Assembly (NCBI RefSeq): GCF_037042905.1
Contig: NC_087249.1
Span: forward strand, 49,538,001 to 49,602,000
DNA: 64,000 nucleotides
Direction: 5' to 3'
From: Lytechinus pictus
Taxonomy: Eukaryota
Shown here: positions 47,855-61,290 of the stretch, one piece after another
Layout: every line of letters begins with the position of its first letter
How positions within the stretch are numbered: position 1 is the first letter of the stretch
Notes under the pieces: model-generated
Database searches by the model: none
What the model was told of the DNA's origin: nothing
The model's input: only the letters and a program-made list of their open reading frames with translations
Program-made: the position numbers and the translations under genes

Positions 47855-48427
47855 AAGGAAAAGTTCACCCAAACAAAAACTTGATTTGAATAAAAAGAGA
47901 AAATCCAACAAACAACACTGAAAATTTCATCAAAATCGGATGTAAAAGAACTTTTAAGAAGTTTTGCTCAATTTCGAAAAAAAAAACAGTTATATGCGCA
48001 TCCTGGTCGGTATGCAAATGATGAGACTGATAACGTCACCCACTATTTCATTTGTACTTTATTATATGACATATTCTAATTTTCTCCTCGTTGTCAAGTG
48101 AAAAAACGATTATTTCGTCCCTGAACATTTGGAAGTGTCATTGTTTAATACGATATGGTTCAGTCAAGTTAGTCCTTATTGTCAAATCTGTAAAAAATGA
48201 AATATTGTATCATTCAAACAATAAAAAACAAAATAAATAGTGAGGGACACCATCGACTGTCACATCTGCATGTCACTGAGTTGTGCATATCACTTATGTG
48301 AAAAATAAGCAAAACTTTAAATGTCATAACTTTTTTATTTTACATCCGATTTAGATGAAATTTGCAGAGTTATGTTGATTTTTCTTTATATCATATTAAA
48401 ATCAACACTTTTCTGGGGAGGACTTCA
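47855..48427. mobile_element. Kolobok-type MITE, degenerate
   Basis: ttaa|aggaaaagttcaccc...ggggaggactt; subterminal tttcatcaaaatcggatgtaaaa and ttttacatccgatttagatgaaa are inverted. Confidence 0.65.
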
Positions 48428-49922
48428 ATCAGTGAGTATCAATTGGCTATAAGCTATACTTATACACGCAATTATAATTGAAAGCCCGCGAACATAAACA
48501 TGTAAACTGGCTAAAAGATGACATTATACATGTTATACATGATTGAAAAGCACTTTTCTCGTTAACACTGTTAATGGTATTGACAAAAGTTTCGAAGAAA
48601 TTCTCGGGAAAGCATACTATTGCTTTGGCTTGGTTTGGTTTGTGAATCTTTATACAAATTAGTATAAATCAATTAACTGACGGAAATTCTTAGCATTCTA
48701 ACATTTTGAATAACTGAAGATGTTAGAGTTAACTGAATATAGATTAAAACTGGTTTATTTAACCTAAAATTCAAGCTTCGGAAATAAAAAAAACCGAGTC
48801 AATTACAGTATACTGGCGTACGGAAACATCACACTTATCACATACAATATACCTACACCTTGGGATCTTTGGCGATACTCAGGCTTATCTAAACATCAGA
48901 CAACGATCCTTAGCTACAACGCAAACAGAAGAACCCATATCAGGAAGAAATCATGGACGTCCAAATCATTGTCGAAACAACTTTCCCTTCTCAAATATGG
49001 TGGAAATTGGAATTTGTTTCCCTCTAAAAGTCTAATTATTCCAAAATTTAGAGAAGCAGGGGAAAACGCACGACGGTGCCGACTTTGCAATATGTACAAC
49101 AGATCAATGCAGCTATTGAAAAATTGGTTCGTTCGCGCAGGTTGTTTGAAAGTCTTTATTTGCACACCGTTTTGTTTGGCAGGTAAAGAAGTGATCTGGC
49201 CGGAGGCGCAAAAGACATGAATTACTCCTACAAGACCATGAAGGCGTATAAAAAGATGACACAATGTGAAAAGAATGATAGACAGATAGCCACAAAGACA
49301 TGAAAGAGACCAGTGATGAGGAAATCGGCTAGGTGTGGGGCGTATAGATGAAGGGGATAGCCTTTTTTGGCATACTGACATGACTGATGGTGGTGGTGGG
49401 GGGAGGGGCGGGTGCATCGCAACATTTTTACAAAGTGAGCGGGGTAGTTGTTTTGGTCAGAATTATAAACTTTAACAGTTTCATTTTTATGAAAATTAAT
49501 CATTAAATCTAATGTTTCGTTCTTTGGCTAGTTTGCTTTGCTCGCTCGCAAATATTTTAACCCAACCCCACAAAATGTTTGGTTTATTTTAACCCTAGAC
49601 CCTATTCAAATTTGATCTCAAAGTTGACAATTACCGTGAAAAATGGGCGTACTGAATTGTCATATATATTTGTAATTGTATATAACACCAATTTTAAATG
49701 GAGTATCTGAAATAATGAGAAGAAAAGGAAAAAGCAAGCATGAGAAGGACAAAAGTATATAGAGATGACGCAATTATGTTGTTCTCTAATTCCACTTGTT
49801 CTTTTCATCGAGCGGTTCTATCCAACAGGAGGTAACGTAGACACAACGGATCAGCAAACAATTCTTCTTGAACATGGCGAGGATACATACATCCCTTCTC
49901 ACTACGTTTAATTTTCTCTTAA

Positions 49923-50857
49923 GGACGTTCCACAGTTAAAGTGAAATCCATGTCATTTTCACCAAACTTTGCACATAGATACTTTAGAACCTTAATATTC
50001 GAAATATGCAAAAATTAACATAGGTCCATGTGCTTGATTTTTTGCTATAGCGCTTCAAAGTTCACCCAAATTGATGTTCTTAAAAATTGCGCATTCAAAA
50101 GAATTTGGCATTTTTAGACCGCCCAAGATTACTACAATGAGTTTAAACCTCTATTACTCAGTCAAAATACATGAAAAAGTCATCAAATTTCGCAAGAGAG
50201 TTAATAATTGTATCGTTAGAATGGAGAATCTATTTATAGTGCTATTTGTTTGCAATTTTAAGTTTAACAGCTCTGTCAGTTCTTAAAAAAGGCGTAAACG
50301 ATAACAAAATCCCAATCTGAAAAATTTTAAATTTCAGTAACAAACTACAAACGTACAATAAATGCTGCACTTTATTCAAAATCCATGTCATTTTCACCAA
50401 AATTTGCAGAGTTGTAGAGGAAGGTATACCTAAGAGGTACAAACATTGAAAAATAGGGGTTCATGTGCTTGTTTTTAAACTATCAGCATTTTTATTAGAG
50501 CAAATGTGCTTTTTAAAACACCAAAAATGCGCCGAATGCTTTGTATCTATGTGAAGAAAAAAATCAAAATCACTCTACCATTTATTCAAACTCGGAGTAA
50601 TATCCGTGATTCTTGGCAGCAATGCAGAGTAAAGTATTTTGAAATTGTATAATTTTTTTTTTAATGGTCCATGGAATAATTCAATTTTTTAGCTTCATGA
50701 AATAACGCATCGGATCTGCAGTTAAAGTGCAGAAGATGAGAAAAATCAGCTCATACCCGCAGCTAATTAATCACTTGTTCATCCATTGTGACGTCAGCGC
50801 GCAGAGTGTAAACTATGCGCAGATCATAATGCGCACAAACATAACTGTGGAACGTCC
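49923..50857. mobile_element. Kolobok-type non-autonomous transposon
   Basis: 16-bp perfect TIR GGACGTTCCACAGTTA...TAACTGTGGAACGTCC with TTAA on both sides. Confidence 0.88.
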
Positions 50858-51659
50858 TTAATCGCTAAATGAATTGGCCTATCACGATCACCGTTGCATG
50901 CGCATTTTGCTCACTAGACTGACTAGGAACCAATCAGAATTGCTCTTTCAAATTAGCGATTAATCGTAAACCTGTGTGTTACGTGGCCCTGGACATTTTA
51001 GCCAGCTTATGCCGACGTAATGTATTTCTATGGCAGCATGACCCTGAAACCCCAACCCCTTTTTTTTACTTGTTTAATCATTTATTAACACACCAGCACC
51101 CCTCTTATAGAAAATCGTTCATCGGCCACTGCATGGCAAGACTATGTATCACTTAATCCTTTTTATTAATATCAAGCATTCTGATATCAAGAATATCTTT
51201 TTGACAATACAAAATATTAAGAAATTGAATATGCCTACACTCTTAAAATGTTGGGCAACATACTGCCCACACAACAGTTAAAATTATCCAACTCTGGGAT
51301 TTTTCAACCAATACTGTGTAGTTTTGTAGTGAAAAAAGTTTTCACTACAAAATGGAGATCAAATTGGGCCCCGAGAAATTTGAAGAGCAAAAAAAGATTT
51401 TACTAAAAAAGGGAGGTCATGCGGTTCCCAAAATTTGAAAAGCAAAAAAAAAAGGTTTCACGACAGACGAAAGGTCATTTTGGTTACATTTCTCAATTAT
51501 TAGGCCTACACATCTTCCAGAAAACCTGGCTATGGAAAATAATACACGCAGTACCCCCCAGCACCCCCGCATCCCAGGGCCATGATGGAAAGCCTGCAAA
51601 CTCAAAATCTAAATGCATGTTTAATCGATGATGTGGTTTACGGTACACCATGTGGAGTG

Positions 51660-51925
51660 TTATAGAAACAGTGGAAAGAAGAAGAAAGGGAAATGGATAG
51701 GCGAGAAAGTGGAGATTTGAGAGTAGAGTATTCTTTTCTTGAATGTAGTCCTGAAAAGGACTGTAAACCAGAAGAGATTGATGAGTTGAAAAAAAACAGC
51801 TTGAGTAGTAGGATGGATGAGGAGATGCTGGCTTGAGTCGGCGAGTAGAGATGATGAGTAGAAGCAGAAGAGAGACTCGACGTTTCGGGCAGGTTGACTG
51901 TCCGTCTTCAGGACTGTCCGTCTTC
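51660..51925 (-). mobile_element. Penelope-like element terminal-repeat relic with a hammerhead-like core
   Basis: Minus strand CTGAAGA-c-ggacag-tcaac-ctgccc-GAAA-cGTC followed by a pyrimidine-rich tract. Confidence 0.5.
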
Positions 51926-52095
51926 CCAAATGCATGTTTGTTTGTTTTTCAAAATGTTTTCTGTATAATCATGCATTCATCGTTGTCTTGCCAAAAATAG
52001 TGTACTTCTCTTTGTTCACAAAAGTACACTGTGCAATTTTTTTTTTTTTTTTAATATGATAATTATGGATTCCATAATAGAGTTGAGGTTGATCA

Positions 52096-52366
52096 GGGTT
52101 CCGTCTTACAAAGAGCTGCGATTGATCCGATCAATCGCAACTATGGACGGCCAGCAACATCAACATCTATGTATGAATGTTTGTTCAAAATATTTTCTAG
52201 CTATGATGTATATTCATGCATTTATTGTTTTCTTGAAATTCCTGTGCTTCTTTATGTTTACAAAGGACATTTTGCAAATTTCCTGCAAAAAAAAAATATG
52301 ACACTGATGGATTTCCATAGAGTTACGATTGATTGGATCAATCGTAACTCTTTGTAAGACGGGCCC
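52096..52366. mobile_element. PIF/Harbinger-like MITE, third copy
   Basis: ccgtcttacaaagag...ctctttgtaagacggg. Confidence 0.85.
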
Positions 52367-52440
52367 TAGATCAATCACAAGCCAGTTTTTGTGAGACTGG
52401 ACCCAGGTGTGCTTGGTCCTATATAATACATATCGTGAGA

Positions 52441-52699
52441 CAGTGGCGGATCCAGGAGGGGGGGGGGGCACATCTGGCCCATGTCCCCTCCCTCCCTCCC
52501 TTTTGAGAGCCATAATCAAAATGTTTAAAGTAAATATGCCGTTTTTACCCAAGTGCCCCCACCCTTTGAAAGTGAGGACCTTTTTTTCTTCTTTTCCTTG
52601 TCAAATTTTCAATTTTAAGTGAAAAGCTTTTTTTCCGTTTGTCAAAATTTCATCGGGAAAATGTACCCCCCCCCCCTCGGAAAATCCTGGATCCGCCCG
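52441..52699. mobile_element. hAT-type MITE
   Basis: cagtggcggatccagga...tcctggatccgcccg; 8-bp TSD TCGTGAGA at 52433-52440 and 52700-52707. Confidence 0.82.
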
Positions 52700-54687
52700 T
52701 CGTGAGAGAACACTCAATTTCAGTCAGCATCAAGTATCGATTGCCATCCTAATAATGATAATAATTCACCCCTAGAAAGTACGATGTCTCCTTTTTCCAG
52801 AAATAACGATACTTAAAGGGCACTTAAAAGGGGCCGATAACATGCCTAATTGATATTGTTCTCGCGTGGTATTGATCTCTCAATTAAGGTGTGACATATC
52901 GATTCGTGCCAATCCGTGAACACGGAATTTCAGATCTTCATTGTCTAAAAAGGTTATTGTATACCTGTCAGAGTTCATGCTGTGATTATGTAAGAAACTC
53001 CGGGGTTTTTTCGAAGGGGGGGGGGGGGATGTAGTCTGCAGGCGGCACAATTTTCACAATGAGATATTTTTTAACCGTAATTTAGTTTTAGTCTTTGCAT
53101 TTTTTCTTGTAATGTACTCGATTAAGCATTGTGTATTTACAATGTATATTATTTTTTTTTATAATATGTCATTTACGTTGCATGCAAATGACCCAATGGA
53201 AGAACAGCGGTATTATGTTAACACCGCTGAAACGGGCAATCCTCCATATTTTTTATTTGACGATATATTTTTTTTTTTTTATTTGATCATGTTTATATTT
53301 TGTTTTATATGGAAATAAATACAAACAAACAAACACCCTGATTTAAACTTTGATCATCAAAAGGGTCTCCACGCAAAGACTAGCACATAAAAAATATGAT
53401 GCCAGTAGACTAGGCATTATAGGCTGCGCATTCAGACCCTTAACTCGAGAGAAGGGTTTGCACAGCAGACTTGGGGGAGGGGGCAGAAAGAAGACTGTGT
53501 AACCTAAAATTCTGTCTAAATACATTATTGTGGTATGATTTCCAGAATATCAAAGAATATATCGATACTGCAGTATTACTAAAGATTCATTATTTTGTAA
53601 GGAAAGTTGGAATAAATTTATTTTACCAAGACTTATTGATTTAAGTTTCAATTAGGGTAAATTCTTGCAGATTAGAAAGTGTTCCTCAGTAAACCTTAAA
53701 GAGTCATCTTTACTTGACGTTGTATTCCACTCAGAACATTTCTCGAAACATATCAATAAAATTCTTAATGTTTAAATTTTGTGACGTCACAAGCGAGCAT
53801 CTCCTCTTTTTCAATGCGATGTAAATTCTTTAAAATGTTATTTTTTCTGGAAACATTTTCTAAGAAAATTACGATTTTTTTAATCACAAGAGATCTCATT
53901 TCATACACGCTTCGACACGAAGTCACTATCCATATTCAAGGATCCAGGTTTCATATACCCATACGTGATATGAGAGAAATAACTGAAAAAAAAAATCGAT
54001 GTCGATTGTCGTGCAACAAAGGAGAAGTATGAATAGATCCCTGTATTTCAAATCTAAAGCCACCTTCGTTGGTTGCTATGGCGCTGGAAATAGGGGTATT
54101 TTGTTATCCCTGTGGGTCCAGCACTAAGGAACACGCGATATATTTCAATAAAGTGAGACTATTCATCTCTTAATTGTAATCCTTTATTAATTCACAAAGA
54201 TTTGATAAATAGAAAATAGAACCTCAACATAACAAATTGGTAGGGGGTTGGACCTTTCCCAAATACCTCTCAGAGTTGGTTTCTGTTATATGAAGCCCCT
54301 TTATCAATCAACATGATCAAAGCTTTTGAATTTTAACTCCCTCCGTGACCTCTTGTATGTGTATACATCTTCAACAATATAATTCAGAGGACAACGAATA
54401 TAACGATACACCGCTCCATATAATGTAATATACAAACTGACTTTTTAAAACGGTTATTTTTCCAAATCATTTGATTTTGCTCGGTTGGGAAGACTCTAAT
54501 GCATTTGCACCACAATATGTTACAAAGATCAAATGGTAGAATCGCAGAACGCTCCCAATACGCCCCTTTCAGGATTGTATTTAACATAACCATCGCAATT
54601 TACAATAAACTCGATAATCCCAGTTGTGTTTGATTTTTCGAGACTATACAGTACAACATATATGACATTATAATAGTTTAGATTTAA

Positions 54688-55271
54688 AGGGGTACTCAGG
54701 GCTGAAAACGATTATATCTAAATAAATAGAATAAAATTCACTGAGCAAAGTGCTCAAATTTCATTAAAATCTGATAATAACGAAGATATCTAAATTAAAA
54801 GTTTAGCAATATTTTGTGGAAACAGTTATAGATATGCACTACGTAATGAATATTCATTAATTAGGTGGGATGATGTTGTCACATCCCCCTTTTCCTTTTT
54901 CTTATGTTATAACATAAAATCATAATTATTTAATATTTTCATGCTTGTGTGTAAGATATGTCTCTCTTATCATAAAATAAGCTGCAGCAATATTCATCAA
55001 ATCAGTTGTCAATTATTTTTGTTTAGTTTTTGGAGGACAAATTTTGAATAAACAATTCATGTAATAAAATACAAACGAACAAGTGGGGGTATTAGTTTGC
55101 TCATTGTGTACTCTTGAAGATATGCATACAACTGTTTTACTGAAATAATGGAAATGTTTAAAATGTCATTACTTTTATTCCTTGTCCGATTCAGTGAAAT
55201 TTCCAGTGTTTCGTTTGTCTGATTTTTCTTTATCTGTTCAAATCATATTATTTTCAACCTTGAGTACCCCT
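54688..55271. mobile_element. Kolobok-type MITE
   Basis: ttaa|AGGGGTACTCA...TGAGTACCCCT|ttga. Confidence 0.78.
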
Positions 55272-55903
55272 TTGAATGCATTAAAAACATTCTACAGAAA
55301 ATAGTACAGGAGATAAAATAAGAGTAGTATATTATAAAAAAGGAAAATTAATGGCGACAATGTTTTAAACAAAGAGAGAATGATTGTGTTTACATTTATG
55401 TGAGTGTTAGACAAGATGTCTAAAATAGAATTAGAAATATATGTACAGTCTTCCAGCCAGTCTTTCTATCAGACATTTTGTCTGTCAGTCATTCTGTCTA
55501 TCAGACATTTTGTCTGTCAGTCATTCTGTCTGTCAGTAGATATCGATGTTGCCGAAGACGACACCGATGATGCTTAAGACGTCGATGTGTATCTTTTAAT
55601 CATTCTGTCAGTCGCGGCCATTTGGTCTGTCATTCAGACTGTAAGACAGTTTGTCTGCCAGTCAGCCATTTTATCTGTCATTCAGTGTGTAAGACGGTTT
55701 GTCTGTCAGCCATCTTTTGGTGAAAGCAAACTTGGTGTCGAAGCGAGAAATTCTTGGGCCAAGCCTGTGTATCTTCGGGAAACTCTCATATCAAGAAAGC
55801 ACTGTCAGAAATCCGATCCGAGCAGTATGTGTGTGTGTGTGTGTGTGTGTGTGGGGGGTGATAGCAATATTTTGACCTGAAAATTCAAATTTTGGGTGAC
55901 ATC

Positions 55904-56297
55904 CCACACCAAGGGCTATGTATACGGGGCTATTATACTACCATCTTTCAGTTAAAGGTCTATAACGATATTTTCGATGGCTATACTGTAATAGATTTGT
56001 TGTGATATCAGTAATGAATTACAGTAAATATCAATATGCGAGAGAGCGAAGCGAGCGAGCAAATTTCATCAGTTGGGAGACAAAATGGTGTCCAAAAACC
56101 TTCAACTACTGTGCAATTACCACACCACGGGCAATATATACTGTAGATGTGTACATAATACTACCATCTTTCGGTCAAAGGCATATCACTATTTTTCGAC
56201 GGCTATATGGATTTGTTGGGATATAAAGTAATAAATTACAGTACATATCAATATACGAGCGAGCGAAGCGAGCAAACAAATATCCATTAGTTGGAAA
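55904..56297. repeat. Degenerate tandem duplication, ~215-bp unit, two copies
   Basis: cacacca...atactaccatctttc...ttttcga(t/c)ggctat...gagcgaagcgagc...agttgg occurs twice. Confidence 0.75.
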
Positions 56298-57495
56298 ACA
56301 GAGTGATGGCCAAAATCGTCTTTCAATAGACCAGTTCAGTATTACCTCATGGGCAATTTTGTTCAAATGACCTTTCATTTCTTACATTATGATAGGCAGA
56401 TTTCAAAGCAAGATATTAATTATGTAAGCATGCCTTACATAGCAGGATGCAGAAATTGTATAGACCATGCAGGGGAGCGTTTCATGAAAGGTCCCATTTT
56501 ATACGACAGTTACCATAATAACAGTGACTCTCAGCCAATCATTATCAAGGAAAGTTGTCAGATCTGACAACTTGTCGGACGGAATAGTTGATGAAACGCT
56601 CCCCATGCGACTAGAATAGCACACTAATGAACACTCTATGAAAGTATGTGTTGCATTATTACTTGAATGCAAGGTCATGTGACAATCCACTTTGCCGAAT
56701 GTGAAATACCAGTCGCTAGTGGACGCATTAATGTTTTTATGGATCTAATGAAAAACAAAATGCAAAAGAATATAAGAATAATCAAGATACTAAAGTTGGT
56801 GCCTATCTCATTAGATATTAAACCATCATGTCACTTTTAGTACGAATGACCTTCTTGTGATCATGCGCATAATGGAACTCCGAATTGGCTTATTAAGGGT
56901 GTGTAATTGTTGGAGAAAAGCTGTGAGCGCAGTGAGCGAGCCTTGAAAAAGTCGCTTCAGTAGTTTAAAATGGTATGCATACAATTATTATAGAGGGTGA
57001 TAAGTGTAAATTATAAATAACTTAAACTTTGGAAGATTTTGATTTTTTTAGACCAAAACTACCTTTATTTTGTAGCGAAAACCCCCTTTTTTTGCTTGCT
57101 TGTCAGATTTCTTGGAACCGAAACGACCTTCATTTTGCAGTGAAAACTTTTTTTTTGCTTGTCAATTTTTTCTAGACCAAAACTACCTTCATTAATGTTT
57201 GAAAGATGGACCATGGTAACCTCGAAAATTATCGCTTACAAATACGTTTTAAATATGTTAATATGAATTCTCTCGAGGTCAAAGTAATACTATTTGATTC
57301 CAAAGGAAATGATAGTCATCACAAGTCAATCAGTAGAGTTTTTTCTTTTGCATCGCGCCATCAACGGCAACAAGCGAGGGCCACTCTTCGTTACTTGTAG
57401 CGTGGACTTACTGTGCTTGTAGTATGTTCCTGTGGGTTGATCAGATGGGATCGGTATGCAGAGTGCGACATAATTGATAATGATCTAAAAAGCGC

Positions 57496-60400
57496 TCAAG
57501 TTACTAAAAAAATATTCATGACTGAACATTTATTAATAAATTTCAGAATCTGATCTGCGTGACGTTTCCAAATGTATGAGGATGTTCCGATGCGAACTTC
57601 GACCTCGTAAGAGACCGGTCCTAACTTCCTCGTTATCCTTCCTGGGACCCACTTCTTCCCTTTTGCGTAGTTGCGGGCCACTACGTCATCGCCCTCTGAG
57701 AACTCGCGAATCGGACGGGAGTCGTGGTGTAGCTTTTGCGAAAGCTGATTCTTTTCAACAGTGGCCTTATTATCTGGTATTGCCATGTTGACTCGCGTGC
57801 GAAGCTTTCGTTTCATCAACATCTCGGCTGGTGTTTGCAAGGTTACCGAGTGCGGTGTAGATCGGTAGGATAGAAGGAATCTGGCTACGCGTGTCTGGAG
57901 TGGTCCTGACATCTTTCGAAGTGCTGCTTTCACGGTCTGAACAGCGCGTTCCGCGAGGCCATTTGTCGCTGGGTGATATGGCGCACTTTTCACGTGACGG
58001 ATGCCATTCGCTTTCATGAATGCACTGAATTTCTCGCTTGCGAAACAAGGACCATTGTCGGACACTAAGGTATGCGGTATTCCATGTGTTGAAAACACCT
58101 GTCGGAGCTTATCGATTGTGATGCTGCTAGTCGATTCGCGTGTGACTTGAACTTCGATCCATTTTGAATACGCGTCAACAAGGATTAATAGCATCTCTCC
58201 TTGCACTGGACCCGCATAGTCCACGTGCACACGGGACCAGGGTTGACTCGGATGCTCCCATGAATGTAGTGGTGCTTTTGGTGGATTTCGTTGGTGCTCC
58301 TGGCACTGTGGACATGCTCGGACTTTTTGCTCCAAGTCCGTATCGATTTGGGGCCACCACACATGGCTTCTTGCGATAGCCTTCATTTTCACAATGCCCG
58401 GGTGCGCTTCATGGATTTCTTCTATCATATGATCGCGACACTGGGGCGGTAGCACCACTCTACCCCCCCAAAGCACACATCCTTCATGTACACTTAGCTC
58501 ATTTTTACGGATGTAATAAGGATTCATTTCCTTCTTCATTTCACCCGGGTTATCCGGCCAACCGGTCATAGTATAATTGCGCACTCTCGCCAAAATCGGA
58601 TCCCTTTGGGTCATGGCGCGAACTCGCGAAGGTGTTGTCGGCGTCTTCTCCAACTCGCTCATTAGCAAGACGATTTCCTCTGGTACGGGTGGTTGTTTTG
58701 CAGTCGCTTTCCTCGGAAGGCGGCTTAACGCATCGGCATTAGCGTTTTCGGATCCCGGTTTGTACACAATTTCATATTCATACGCTGCTAGAATCAGTGA
58801 CCAACGAATCACTCTAGGGGAAACCATCAGCGGAATTGCTTTGTTGTTGCCAAATAAGCCTAGCAGTGGCTTGTGATCGGTGATGATTTTGAAACGTCGG
58901 CCATACAGATACGTGTGGAATTTCTTAACTCCAAATACTATTGCTAACCCCTCTTTGTCTAGCTGCGAATAATTTCGCTCCGCGGAATTCAGACTGCGCG
59001 ACGTATAGCCTATCGGCCTTTCCGATCCATCCTCCATCACGTGAGAAAGTACTGCCCCCACTCCGTAAGGGCTGGCGTCACATGATAGGACCAGCTGTTT
59101 GGTGTTGTCGTAGTGGGTCAAGATTTTCGCTGACTTCAGACTTTCCTTCGCTCGCTGGAATGCGGCTTTCTGTTCTTTCCCCCACTGCCAGTGTGAGGTG
59201 TTTCGGAGCAGACGATGTAGCGGCTCTAGCACTGTCGACAGATTTTGCATGAACTTTCCGTAGTAGTTCAGCATACCAAGAAATGCTCTCAGTTCCTTGA
59301 TATTTGTAGGCGCTGCCATCTCGGTAATTGCTCTCACCCGATCTTCTGTCGGCTGCAGCCCCTCAGCGCTGACCATGTGACCAAGATACTTCACTTCTTT
59401 CACGAGAAATTCGCATTTTTCTCGTTTTAGACGCAGCCCCGCATTCTTAAGTCTTTTAAGGACCTGTTCCAGGTTGTTGAGGTGCTCTGCCTCCGAACTG
59501 CCTGTTACTAGAAGATCATCCAGATATACAGCGACTCCAGGAATCCCAGCTAGCAGATTGTCCATCGTTCGCTGGAAAACAGCTGGTGCTGTAGATATTC
59601 CAAACGGCATTCTGGTGTATTGGAATAATCCACGATGTGTATTAATGGTCACTAATTCGCGAGAGTCTGGAGACAAGACTAATTGCTGGTATGCGTGGGA
59701 CATGTCCAGCTTCGTGAACTTCTTCCCGTTAACGAGTTTGGTGAATAACTCGTCGATCCTGGGAATCGGATAAGTATCCGATCTTGCAGCACTATTCACT
59801 GTAAGTCGGTAGTCTCCGCAAATCCGAATTGTGCCGTCTGCTTTGTCAATAGGAACGATTGGCGCAGCCCATTTCGAATACTGCACTGGTTCCAAAATCT
59901 TCTGACCCAACAATCGATCAATTTCTTGATTGACGCGATCGCGACGTGCGAGTGGAACTGGGCGGGCTTTAAGGAACTTTGGTTTGATAGCTGGATCAAT
60001 GTCAATGTCGACCTCTACGTCTTTAAGTGTTCCGAGCTCCTTATTAAATACCTCTGAGTGGCTGGAGAGAAGACTACTCAGTCGGTCTTCAATGACGCTG
60101 AACACCTCCTGCCAATCGAGCCGAATAACTTTCATCCAGTCCCTTCCAAGAAGGCTTGGCCCCGCCCCCTTAGCAACCAGAAGTCTAAGCGATGCCGTCT
60201 GGTTGTTATGGCTGACTGGTACGATGCATTCTCCCATCACCTCAATTTTTCCTTTATTGTAGGTGCGTAATTTCACTCGGCTATCTCGCAACTTCAATTT
60301 TTCGCCCCCTTTCCATGTTTTCTTCCATGTCTCCTCACTGATGATCGTAACGCCCGACCCAGTGTCGATCTCCATGGCAACGACCTCTCCTTTTACATTA

Positions 60401-61290
60401 ATGTCCACTGTAAATGGTTCTGAGGTCTTATTCTCTTTCGTCGTATGGTAGAGAGTATACACCTCCTCCTCTTCTTCCAGGTGGTGGCTTTTTTGGCTCC
60501 TCTCCTTAGCTGACCGCGACATGTATTTTTTTCCTTTATCTTTCCCTTGATCTGCCTTTTTGCTCGATCTACATACTCGGGAAAAATGACCTTTCTTTCC
60601 ACATTTATAACATTCCTCCCTTTTCGCTGGACATTCCTCACTTTCTGTGTGCATGGCTCTCCCACAGCGAAAACATGATGCGTCCTTGGACCTCGGACCC
60701 CGCTGATTTCGACCACTCCTCGGCTCCCGAACTTTGTTAACCGTTTCACTGCCGGGTTGTTTTCCTTCACGGAGGTCTGCCGTATTTCGATCGGCCGTTT
60801 CTATGGCGGTGGCAAGTGAAAGTGCCTTATCGAAATCGAGCGCGACTTCGGCCAACAGTCGTCGCTGGATCCTGTCATCATTCACCCCACACACCAATCT
60901 ATCTCGCAGCATCTCTTTAAGATTAGTCCCAAAATTGCAATGTTCAGCCAGGTGTCTCAACTGAGCTACATAATCCGAAACTGACTCACCGGATTTTCGT
61001 TGTCTTGAGTTGAACTTGAACCTCTGAACAATTTCCGATGGCTTCGGAACCTTGTGGTTCGTCACCGTTGCAATTATAGTCGAATAATCCACTTGTCCTG
61101 GCTTCTCCGGTGCCAACAAACTTGAAATCAGCCTGTAAGTCTGTCCTCCACAAACGGAGAGTAAGATAGCTCGCTTCTTCTCCACGTTGGCGATGTCGTT
61201 GGCGGCAAAGAAATGTTCTAGGCGTTCGGTGTACTGCACCCAGTCGCCACTTTCCACCTGAAACTCCCCAACTGTCCCGAAGGTAGTCAT
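57496..61290 (-). CDS. Gag-Pol polyprotein of a Ty3/Gypsy (Mag-clade-like) retrotransposon, 1264 aa
   Basis: Uninterrupted ORF. Gag (WVQYTERLEHFF, QRFKFNSRQRKSGESVSDYVAQL, LRDRLVCG) with two Zn knuckles (CFRCG...H...C, CYKCGKKGHFSRVC). Protease IDTGS, RT YLDD, RNase H (CDAS, DKE, TDHKPL), integrase HHCC and DDE, C-terminal GPY/F-like module. Confidence 0.95.
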   Translation of the reverse strand: MTTFGTVGEFQVESGDWVQYTERLEHFFAANDIANVEKKRAILLSVCGGQTYRLISSLLAPEKPGQVDYSTIIATVTNHKVPKPSEIVQRFKFNSRQRKSGESVSDYVAQLRHLAEHCNFGTNLKEMLRDRLVCGVNDDRIQRRLLAEVALDFDKALSLATAIETADRNTADLREGKQPGSETVNKVREPRSGRNQRGPRSKDASCFRCGRAMHTESEECPAKREECYKCGKKGHFSRVCRSSKKADQGKDKGKKYMSRSAKERSQKSHHLEEEEEVYTLYHTTKENKTSEPFTVDINVKGEVVAMEIDTGSGVTIISEETWKKTWKGGEKLKLRDSRVKLRTYNKGKIEVMGECIVPVSHNNQTASLRLLVAKGAGPSLLGRDWMKVIRLDWQEVFSVIEDRLSSLLSSHSEVFNKELGTLKDVEVDIDIDPAIKPKFLKARPVPLARRDRVNQEIDRLLGQKILEPVQYSKWAAPIVPIDKADGTIRICGDYRLTVNSAARSDTYPIPRIDELFTKLVNGKKFTKLDMSHAYQQLVLSPDSRELVTINTHRGLFQYTRMPFGISTAPAVFQRTMDNLLAGIPGVAVYLDDLLVTGSSEAEHLNNLEQVLKRLKNAGLRLKREKCEFLVKEVKYLGHMVSAEGLQPTEDRVRAITEMAAPTNIKELRAFLGMLNYYGKFMQNLSTVLEPLHRLLRNTSHWQWGKEQKAAFQRAKESLKSAKILTHYDNTKQLVLSCDASPYGVGAVLSHVMEDGSERPIGYTSRSLNSAERNYSQLDKEGLAIVFGVKKFHTYLYGRRFKIITDHKPLLGLFGNNKAIPLMVSPRVIRWSLILAAYEYEIVYKPGSENANADALSRLPRKATAKQPPVPEEIVLLMSELEKTPTTPSRVRAMTQRDPILARVRNYTMTGWPDNPGEMKKEMNPYYIRKNELSVHEGCVLWGGRVVLPPQCRDHMIEEIHEAHPGIVKMKAIARSHVWWPQIDTDLEQKVRACPQCQEHQRNPPKAPLHSWEHPSQPWSRVHVDYAGPVQGEMLLILVDAYSKWIEVQVTRESTSSITIDKLRQVFSTHGIPHTLVSDNGPCFASEKFSAFMKANGIRHVKSAPYHPATNGLAERAVQTVKAALRKMSGPLQTRVARFLLSYRSTPHSVTLQTPAEMLMKRKLRTRVNMAIPDNKATVEKNQLSQKLHHDSRPIREFSEGDDVVARNYAKGKKWVPGRITRKLGPVSYEVEVRIGTSSYIWKRHADQILKFINKCSVMNIFLVT

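Noticed and set aside
48850-49420. 167-aa ORF, or a 5'UTR exon/promoter of channel C
   Set aside because: No recognisable domain. A non-coding first exon is plausible (donor-like site near 48851-48856) but cannot be supported without transcripts.
57330-57485. Possible minus-strand exon downstream of the Gypsy ORF
   Set aside because: An acceptor-like site and a short open frame are present, but there is no recognisable homology or partner exon.
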